Of a stretch of 64,000 nt of DNA, positions 57,246 to 64,000 are shown one piece after another. The DNA is from a bacterium (GTDB taxonomy: Bacteria > Patescibacteriota > Saccharimonadia > CAILAD01 > JADZBC01). Location: contig JADZBC010000016.1 in assembly GCA_020852295.1 (NCBI GenBank), forward strand, positions 294-64,293, read 5' to 3'. The notes below the pieces were generated by a model. It was given only the letters and a program-made list of their open reading frames with translations. It was not told where the DNA came from and ran no database searches. A program made the position numbers and the translations under genes. The stretch's first letter is position 1. Every line of letters starts with the position of its first letter.

Positions 57246-57934
57246 TGGTTCGTCTCCGTCGTAACGGTTCCTGGGCTGCTACCCTTGATGAGATTACGAT
57301 CGAGTAGGAATGTCATTTCGTAGCTGACTTTGCCGGTCTTCAAATCCTGCGAACTCTTGGTGATGTTGGTCTTACTAAAGAGGGCTTGGCCTGGGTCAAG
57401 GTTGAATCGTTGGCTCTCTGGTCGATCCTTTTTGTACGTCACATTATATGCTTCGATGGCCTGAGCAAACGTACTAACTGCCTTATAGTCATCTGCCAAG
57501 CCCTTGATCGTTGCAAGACTCAAGCTTGATGATGAGTCCGTTGATGAGCTACCGCTGGCAGTATCAGAATCCGATATCTCAAACGAGTTTACTACCACAT
57601 TTGGCTGTATGGTATTGCTTAAGTTGCCAAATACGCTACTGGCAAAGAGTCGGTCAGCATTTAGCTTATAGAATGAATCGAGATGCTCTTGTAAATCGGC
57701 TGCTGTTTGTTCGACATCGCGCAGATCAGCTACATCTTTTTTGAAGCGCTCAATATCCCCTTTTACAAGTGATTCATTGGCGGCATTGGCGGCAAGCAGA
57801 AACAGAAGCGTACCAATGATCGTACCAACCACCAGCGCAACAAAAATAAGTCCCCCTGTAGCAAGCTGCTTGCGACGGCGATTGCGCAGCTTAACGAGTC
57901 GTGCTTCGGGTAATAGATTAACAACGACACTCAT
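57242..57934 (-). CDS. pilN: Pilus assembly protein PilN-like
   Basis: N-terminal VNLLPE motif, TM, coiled-coil. Confidence 0.6.
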   Translation of the reverse strand: MSVVVNLLPEARLVKLRNRRRKQLATGGLIFVALVVGTIIGTLLFLLAANAANESLVKGDIERFKKDVADLRDVEQTAADLQEHLDSFYKLNADRLFASSVFGNLSNTIQPNVVVNSFEISDSDTASGSSSTDSSSSLSLATIKGLADDYKAVSTFAQAIEAYNVTYKKDRPESQRFNLDPGQALFSKTNITKSSQDLKTGKVSYEMTFLLDRNLIKGSSPGTVTTETNQ

Positions 57935-58986
57935 TAGACAAAGTTCCTCATAGCAAGACCAATTGCGCTGGCGTAATTGAGCGAAATCGTTGCAAGCTTA
58001 GGCTGTAATGCGGCCGGGTAGCTCACGTTAACCCATGGGTTACCAATCTCAACCGTAATGCCGGTAGAGTTAGCTAGATAGACCGGTAACTCTGGCAGCG
58101 CTGACGTACCACCCGTAATGATAATCTTCTCGATCTTGTCGCCACCCGAGTGCTCGTGGAAATATGACACCGACTTATTGATCTCTTCAACCACCGTATC
58201 AAGTACAGGCTTGAGCGATTTGTATACTTGCCCCTCGAGTTTGGTCTGGATCAAACCAAACTTGCGCATGAACTGCTCCCCTTGCGCTTCATCGAGGCCA
58301 AGGTTTTGGCTAACTACTCGAATCAGTGCACGCGATCCGACATTAACTGTGCGCACGAGCTTCGGTACTTGATGTGAAATGATGGCCATGTCGGTCGCAA
58401 CCGAGCCAATATCCACGATGATGACCGAGAGATCTTTGTTTGTCGTGAGTGAGCGCGCTTGGGCAATCGGGTTAATTTCGAGCGCGAGTAATTCTAGGCC
58501 AGCTTTTTGAATAATATTGAGGTATTTGTTCGCAACAGAATTTGGCGCAGCAACCAGTAGTACCTCTACCTCCTCGGCATTTCTTCCTGGACCGACGACA
58601 GTCCAGTCGAGTTTCACCTGGTCAATGGCCATCGGTATATACTTGTCGGCCTGAAAACGAATAGAACTGGCCAGCTCATCATGTGAGAGCTTTGGTGTAT
58701 TGATAACTGCTACATATGAACTTACTGAGGGCAAAGCCGCCACCACGTTCTTTGTCGAAACACGAGCGTCGTCAGCTAGTTTGCGTACGATATCGCTCAG
58801 GCGATCCTGATCGACGGGAGAATCAGAATTGAGCAGTCCAGTAGGCGTCTGGATGTCCCCGTAGGTCACCAAACTAGGCTTGCCGTGCAGATTCTTCAAC
58901 TGCACTAGCTTTATACTACTCGCCCCCAAATCGAGTCCAAAATAATTTTCTTCTTCTTCAAAGAGACTCATAGCTGATCCTAGCAT
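57934..58986 (-). CDS. pilM: Pilus assembly protein PilM (actin-like ATPase fold)
   Basis: YFGLDLGASSIKLVQL phosphate-1 motif and actin-like fold length. Confidence 0.75.
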   Translation of the reverse strand: MLGSAMSLFEEEENYFGLDLGASSIKLVQLKNLHGKPSLVTYGDIQTPTGLLNSDSPVDQDRLSDIVRKLADDARVSTKNVVAALPSVSSYVAVINTPKLSHDELASSIRFQADKYIPMAIDQVKLDWTVVGPGRNAEEVEVLLVAAPNSVANKYLNIIQKAGLELLALEINPIAQARSLTTNKDLSVIIVDIGSVATDMAIISHQVPKLVRTVNVGSRALIRVVSQNLGLDEAQGEQFMRKFGLIQTKLEGQVYKSLKPVLDTVVEEINKSVSYFHEHSGGDKIEKIIITGGTSALPELPVYLANSTGITVEIGNPWVNVSYPAALQPKLATISLNYASAIGLAMRNFV

Positions 58987-59010
58987 AACAACTTTTGTCT
59001 GAAATGTGAA

Positions 59011-62000
59011 CTAAAAACGAGGATTTAATTCACCGTACAAGTACTGTACTTCCGTTGCACTCGGTGTGTAGCGATCCTCAAAACCTGGGGCTGGGTAAAT
59101 TAGCCCCTGGGCAGCACCCGCGAAAAGCTCTGCCGGCTGATTGCTACTGCGATTTGGCCCACTGGTTGCATAGAAGTTTCTCCCGAGTTCAAAACCACGA
59201 GTCGCACCAACTGATCCAACCACACTGAGCGATTGATTACAGCTCTGAGATGGATATCCTTCGCAGGTCTTAATCTTGCCGCTGGCGTAGAGCATTGCGT
59301 CGATACGGCCAACATTGCTGCGGATAATGATGTCACCCTCAACGATGATGCCGAGATTTGGCAGTAAGTTTTCATTATAGTTACCCCCCTGTGCGGCAAA
59401 GTCATTGCGGATATCACCGGTAATCGTAAGATTACCCTTGATCCAAAGTGTCGCCCTACCCTGCGTGATCGTCAGTCCACCAATCGTGCGGTCGCCATCA
59501 GCTGGACGCCAGATTTTCGCACAGTTTGCGTTAGAGTTGATGACGCCGCTCGTGATCATAGAGTTTTCGACTTGGTAAGGATTCTCAATACCGTCAGATG
59601 GCGTTGCCGGACAGCTCGTGATACCCGCCGGACGGTTGCCATACTTGTTGATATTGCGATAGATATCGTCTTCTGGGGAGACATTCGGCGCGTAGAGCTT
59701 ATTCTTGCAGGAATCAAGATCGCTACTAGCCTCAAGTCCGAATGCCATGCGATTGAGACTGCAGAAGTTGGTAGAGATGCGAGACATGATAACGTACTCC
59801 GCTTCTTTTGTACTGACATCGGCCGTGTTGCGGCCACCGTTGATACCGGTCGTCTGACCGATTATCTGGTCCTTCACCATCACGTCACCACGCTTAGTCT
59901 GTACCCATGGGTTGAAGCGACGTCGATAGCGCACCACCACATCATCACTTGAGTCGCCGCCATCACCACTACATATAATCCGGTATCTGACTTCTCGATC
60001 ATCAACCGAGGCGTCACTCGAGCGATTCTCGTTGCCGCCGCCTACGGCCTTCGGTCCGGACCATGGTGAGCCGATCGCTGGGCCACTCAATACTGCAGTG
60101 GAAGCCGTGCAGCTCTTAGCTGGCCCGCCACCCACGGTCCAGCGTACCCCTACCGACGTATCGGACTCAATTTCAACTGGGCTCGGTGGATTATCGAGAC
60201 CATTAACCGTCAAATCTACATTTGGTGGCGGTAATTTACGGAAATATACCGTCACATACGTGCGCTTACCTGCTGCAAGATACGGGGTGACCTGAAGCTC
60301 AGTCCAGCCATAGGGGCTATCTGGATACTGCACCACTACCCTATCGACCACCCAACCAGTGTTGGGGGCCACCAATGTCGAGACACCGAAGTAACCTGTG
60401 TTAGTTGACGACAGGGGTCCTTTTAGTACCGGTTCGCTGTTGGATTTGCAGAAGTTACCCGGTATCTGCAGACAGGCTCCTGCTGCAACTGGCGGATTAT
60501 TGAAGCTCGGACTCACATTACCATTTTGGTCTATCGTCTTAAATCCGATATAGGCTTCTGATTTCCCTGCTTGGCAGTTGAGCCGTACGGTGTGAAAGGC
60601 TGGTGAATATCTTCCATTAGATTGACCGGCTACCGAAACAAGCTTAAATGTCAGCCCCGAGAAATCGGCACCACCGGGATTACCCTGACTATATTGGACC
60701 GAGGCGATACTACAGCCTGCTGGCACATTTGAGATAGTCGCCTGCCACAATACATAGCAGCTATATTCTCGCGAAGTCAGAAAACCGCCAGACGCATTCG
60801 TGGTGGTACTTCCGGATGTTAAGCCACCACAGAAGTCGCCAGCGGGTTCACCGCCACGCTGAGTGATAGTAAGGGTCGCATTTGCAACGGGCGCACCACC
60901 GCTATCAAGTATTTGCCCGCCATATCCCGTCCAGTGGTTTGGCCCTGGGGTACCTGGACACGCTTCGGCCGGCTGCGGCAATATGAAAGCCAACACTCTC
61001 GAAAAGACCGATTGCCCTGAATCAGCTGAGCGACATTGGTACTGTGAGCCTGTGCTAGCGATAAGGATCTGTGGCGATAAGCCAGTCCCAAAAATCCGTG
61101 CCCTCGCCAGTGCATCTTTTGTGTAGCTTTCCCAGTCTGCAAATTGACCACCAGTTTTATTTTCGAGCCGGTAGATATAATAGTAGCCGCCCTCTGACCG
61201 TGTTACCGAGGTGTAATCACCGATGTTCTTGAGTGCGAGTATCGCTTCTTTGTCTTTTGGGTCAGCAAACTGCTTCAGTCCAACTGATGCGCTTAATCCT
61301 GTCAGTACTTCGCTATACGCTGTGTCTGGATTGATTTTATAGTCCTCATTCTCTTCGTAATTTTTGATCGTGACACTATTTTGCAGTATCTCCTCAGTAC
61401 TGGCTTTACGCTCAAACAGCGGAAGATACCGTTTTTCGAGTGTCTCTTTCGCTTTACGATCTACCTCTTCGTCGCTCACCTGCGGCCGATTGGGGTTGTA
61501 ATCCCAGCGCGTGGTGACACTAAGCACATCTACGGTACTCAATAGCTTATTGGCTAGTTTCTTCTGAAGGACAGAGATCCTAATGGGGCGCAGTGCATTG
61601 TCGGCAGACAGTTCATTTGCTTGAGCCTGGACCACTTGGTACTGACGAATTGCTTCTGCATCATCAGCAGATGTAATTTTTGGATCGGTGGATCTGACTT
61701 CACTTGCAATCTCACCTGTAAGCAACGGAACATTATTGGCCCTCGCATCATTCTCGAGACTCTTCTCTAGAATGAGTTGCTCACGGGTATATTTCTCAAC
61801 ATCGTCATTAATAACTGTGTTTTGGCTTCGCTTACCATAGCTCCGATACGAATCCAACGCAGCGCCGTATTGCTGCTTCGTGATCACCTGGGTGCCAACG
61901 CGAGCGTACACATCTTTATTGCGGATAAACATGACCGCAACGTAGCAAACTAGCACAGCAATAATACCGATGCCAAGCCACTTCTTTGACTGCTTGCGCA

Positions 62001-62076
62001 GCTGAGCGGTCTTCTTGACCTTCTGCTGGTCGATTAATTCTTCAGCTTTCGGTGTATTGGAAACTGGTTCCACCAA
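59011..62076 (-). CDS. Large (1021-aa) membrane-anchored extracytoplasmic protein at the head of the pilus operon, with a beta-helix-like C-terminal module ending ...APGFED...GELNPRF
   Basis: N-terminal TM, a SurA_N-like chaperone segment and Cys-rich Gly/Ser-rich domains. C-terminal 250 aa are shared with the next gene (VRYRIICSGDGGDSSDD..VRYRRRF, TITQGRATLWIKGNLTI, ...NPRF). Confidence 0.55.
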   Translation of the reverse strand: MVEPVSNTPKAEELIDQQKVKKTAQLRKQSKKWLGIGIIAVLVCYVAVMFIRNKDVYARVGTQVITKQQYGAALDSYRSYGKRSQNTVINDDVEKYTREQLILEKSLENDARANNVPLLTGEIASEVRSTDPKITSADDAEAIRQYQVVQAQANELSADNALRPIRISVLQKKLANKLLSTVDVLSVTTRWDYNPNRPQVSDEEVDRKAKETLEKRYLPLFERKASTEEILQNSVTIKNYEENEDYKINPDTAYSEVLTGLSASVGLKQFADPKDKEAILALKNIGDYTSVTRSEGGYYYIYRLENKTGGQFADWESYTKDALARARIFGTGLSPQILIASTGSQYQCRSADSGQSVFSRVLAFILPQPAEACPGTPGPNHWTGYGGQILDSGGAPVANATLTITQRGGEPAGDFCGGLTSGSTTTNASGGFLTSREYSCYVLWQATISNVPAGCSIASVQYSQGNPGGADFSGLTFKLVSVAGQSNGRYSPAFHTVRLNCQAGKSEAYIGFKTIDQNGNVSPSFNNPPVAAGACLQIPGNFCKSNSEPVLKGPLSSTNTGYFGVSTLVAPNTGWVVDRVVVQYPDSPYGWTELQVTPYLAAGKRTYVTVYFRKLPPPNVDLTVNGLDNPPSPVEIESDTSVGVRWTVGGGPAKSCTASTAVLSGPAIGSPWSGPKAVGGGNENRSSDASVDDREVRYRIICSGDGGDSSDDVVVRYRRRFNPWVQTKRGDVMVKDQIIGQTTGINGGRNTADVSTKEAEYVIMSRISTNFCSLNRMAFGLEASSDLDSCKNKLYAPNVSPEDDIYRNINKYGNRPAGITSCPATPSDGIENPYQVENSMITSGVINSNANCAKIWRPADGDRTIGGLTITQGRATLWIKGNLTITGDIRNDFAAQGGNYNENLLPNLGIIVEGDIIIRSNVGRIDAMLYASGKIKTCEGYPSQSCNQSLSVVGSVGATRGFELGRNFYATSGPNRSSNQPAELFAGAAQGLIYPAPGFEDRYTPSATEVQYLYGELNPRF

Positions 62077-62134
62077 ATAAACTCACAATTCTTATGCTTA
62101 CTATGCTAGCGCAAACTCGGTTTGCTCACAAGCG

Positions 62135-64000
62135 CTAGAACCGCGGATTTGCCTCACCGCTTGAGTACTTCACTGCAGTGGCGTCGTCGCTCAAGATATC
62201 TTCGAATCCTGGCGGCGGGAAGACGATCGATTGGGCGGTACCAATGAGGCTTTCGGCAGGTACTGTGCCGGTGCGGTCTGCCCTATTGGCAGCACCTAGA
62301 TCAACGGCATTTCGACCGAAGTAAAAGCCACCTTCTGCACCCATAATTCCGAGAACAGTAAGCGCTCGATTACAGGATGGACTTGATGGAGTAGCATAGG
62401 CTGAGCATGTTCTGATTTTCCCGTTTGTGGAGTCGGTGTCATTGTCTCGGTAGGCGTAGAGGGCAGCCTGAACATTTGTAACGCTCGGTTCAATAACGAT
62501 ATTTTTGGCAATAAAAGCAACATTTGGATACTGGTTGGTTGTATAGCTCGCCTCTCCCGTCGGATTCGTCAGCACATTTCCGCGTATTGTAAGGGTGCCC
62601 TTCACCCATACTGTAGCACGACCTCGTTTAATGCTGTATCCATCAAGCGTGTAGTTACCGTTGATGACCCATATTTTTGCACACACCTTGTCTAGCGCAC
62701 CACCGTCAACCAATTTTCCGCTGTTTGGTAAATCTGATACAAAGGATACATCGTATGGACGCTTAGAACTTTCAGGATCATTAGGAGGCGCACAGGAGAT
62801 ATTGCTGCTGCCAGGAGCATATTTCTCTAAACTCGCCTTAACTAAGTTGCTTGGGTTGTTCTCCGGCACATAGGCTCCTGCTTCACATGGGTAAGCCTGT
62901 GTTTTAGGAGGCACCATGCCGAAAAGTGCAGGATAACGACTACAGAAATATTTTGACAATGTAGACATGACGACATAGTCAGCCGATCCTTCAGAGCTGC
63001 TATATGAACCTGCTTTTTTATCTGAAGCAGATGATGCTCCTGAAACCTTGATCTCGTTCATGATCGAGACGTCGCCGTTTTGGGTCTTAATGTATGGATA
63101 GAATTTTCGACGATAACGAACCGCGACCGTCGATGTATCGGAATCTCCGCCTGGCCCAGTACATTTAATTGAATACTTAATTGTGCGGTCATTGGTGTCG
63201 CTATCAATCGCGCGATCTTCTGTTCGCTCGGCTTGAGTACCATCACCCCTACGTGCACCCGTCCAACTGACACCAGAGTCATTACTTGCCGTACATCCCG
63301 TTACAATTCCGCCCGGCTCCCAGGTGAGATCGGCTTGGTGCTGCCCTGGCGTGCGATCTGCTTCAATCAATACCGGATTTTCGGTTGCATTTGTTTTGCC
63401 ATTCATCTTCAAGACTACCGTTGGCTTAGGTGCCTGTTTGTAAAATGTACTAAGCACAGCATCCACTGCACCACCAGCGCAATTGTCGGCCACGGTTATG
63501 GTTGCGACCGTGACAAAACCACCACCAGGAGCATACCCCCATGGACCGGCTAAGCCACCACCACACGGATAATAGATTTCAAAATGGTCAAATACCCAGC
63601 CAGATGCAGGCTTAGGCGCTCCGCCGCCATTACTCACAACCATGGCGCCATAATCCTGAGCAACGAGCTCATAAGTTGTGGTGGCAGTGGGGGTGTCATT
63701 TGTATTACATGCCCACAGCGGTGCGGTTACAAACACATTGGACATGCACGTCATGACCCCTCTATTTTCCGTCTGCGGTATATTGGCCTTGACTCTCGTA
63801 CCATCGTTCTTAATTTGCCAATGCTCAATTGATATTTGCCCATTACGCTGCACACAGTCCATGACCAGCCAAGTATTTGGATCATCGGTGCCATTTGCGC
63901 CACTCTGCAGTGTCATTGGCGCCTCGTAGGTACAGCCAGCGTACGAAACGATAACTTTCCAGTACATATAGCAACTAAAGTCGCGACCAGATCGCCACCA
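62135..64000 (-). CDS. Paralog of the preceding large pilus-linked protein, truncated at the window end (its N-terminus lies beyond 64000)
   Basis: The reading frame is open to the window edge. C-terminus IKYSIKCTGPGGDSDTS.VAVRYRRKF, IKRGRATVWVKGTLTI and ...PPGFEDILSDDATAVKYSSGEANPRF parallel the upstream gene. Confidence 0.55.
   Translation of the reverse strand, partial: WWRSGRDFSCYMYWKVIVSYAGCTYEAPMTLQSGANGTDDPNTWLVMDCVQRNGQISIEHWQIKNDGTRVKANIPQTENRGVMTCMSNVFVTAPLWACNTNDTPTATTTYELVAQDYGAMVVSNGGGAPKPASGWVFDHFEIYYPCGGGLAGPWGYAPGGGFVTVATITVADNCAGGAVDAVLSTFYKQAPKPTVVLKMNGKTNATENPVLIEADRTPGQHQADLTWEPGGIVTGCTASNDSGVSWTGARRGDGTQAERTEDRAIDSDTNDRTIKYSIKCTGPGGDSDTSTVAVRYRRKFYPYIKTQNGDVSIMNEIKVSGASSASDKKAGSYSSSEGSADYVVMSTLSKYFCSRYPALFGMVPPKTQAYPCEAGAYVPENNPSNLVKASLEKYAPGSSNISCAPPNDPESSKRPYDVSFVSDLPNSGKLVDGGALDKVCAKIWVINGNYTLDGYSIKRGRATVWVKGTLTIRGNVLTNPTGEASYTTNQYPNVAFIAKNIVIEPSVTNVQAALYAYRDNDTDSTNGKIRTCSAYATPSSPSCNRALTVLGIMGAEGGFYFGRNAVDLGAANRADRTGTVPAESLIGTAQSIVFPPPGFEDILSDDATAVKYSSGEANPRF

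Noticed and set aside
1-64000. CRISPR arrays, rRNA genes, IS elements or transposases
   Set aside because: No regularly spaced direct repeats, no rRNA-like conserved stretches and no transposase-like ORFs were seen.

Overview
The window reads as a compact, operon-dense genome of about 48-50% GC with AT-rich intergenic spacers. Six tRNA genes all encode their 3' CCA. The envelope genes point to a monoderm: MurT/GatD for peptidoglycan amidation and a type IV pilus locus with PilB, PilT, PilC and PilM/N/O but no secretin. Taken with the reduced, overlapping gene layout, this suggests a Patescibacteria/Saccharibacteria-like organism (inference only).

Left to right, the window holds:
- 1-4.5 kb: a 5'-truncated giant sensor histidine kinase with a beta-propeller and Ig-like ectodomain.
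- 4.7-17.9 kb: housekeeping genes (purF, tRNA-Pro, M50 protease, rpmB, AI-2E transporter, gatD-murT, miaA, thrS with a probable T-box leader, a PyrE-like PRTase, pgeF, a TerC-like protein).
- 17.9-20.8 kb: tRNA-Val, two tandem PucR-like regulators and a Y-family polymerase (dinB).
- 20.9-31.7 kb: a minus-strand operon of two tandem about 1450-aa paralogous surface proteins plus a MacB/FtsX-type ABC transporter, divergent from nrdR, whose start codon sits inside a perfect 18-bp palindrome.
- 32.3-36.5 kb: L25 and a synthase-type polysaccharide module (GT4 phosphotransferase, processive GT2 with QxxRW, small membrane protein).
- 36.5-37.3 kb: tRNA-Thr, tRNA-Gly and tRNA-Asp.
- 37.3-39.4 kb: a small high-GC island (up to about 64% GC) directly after tRNA-Asp, carrying an FHA-domain gene that is possibly frameshifted, a DUF4185-like protein and a small membrane protein.
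- 39.5-46.2 kb: PrsA-like PPIase, bPH2 protein, a high-GC zinc-ribbon gene beside tRNA-Arg, ndk, M16 peptidase, DedA, mnmG.
- 46.3-64 kb: xer recombinase and a complete type IV pilus locus (four to five pilin-like genes, pilD, pilC, pilT, pilB, pilO, pilN, pilM) ending with two large membrane-anchored paralogs sharing a C-terminal ...PGFED...NPRF module; the second runs off the window end.

The strongest candidates for undescribed biology are the giant-paralog plus FtsX-ABC operon, the pilus-linked giant paralog pair, the atypical giant histidine kinase, and the tRNA-Asp-adjacent high-GC island.
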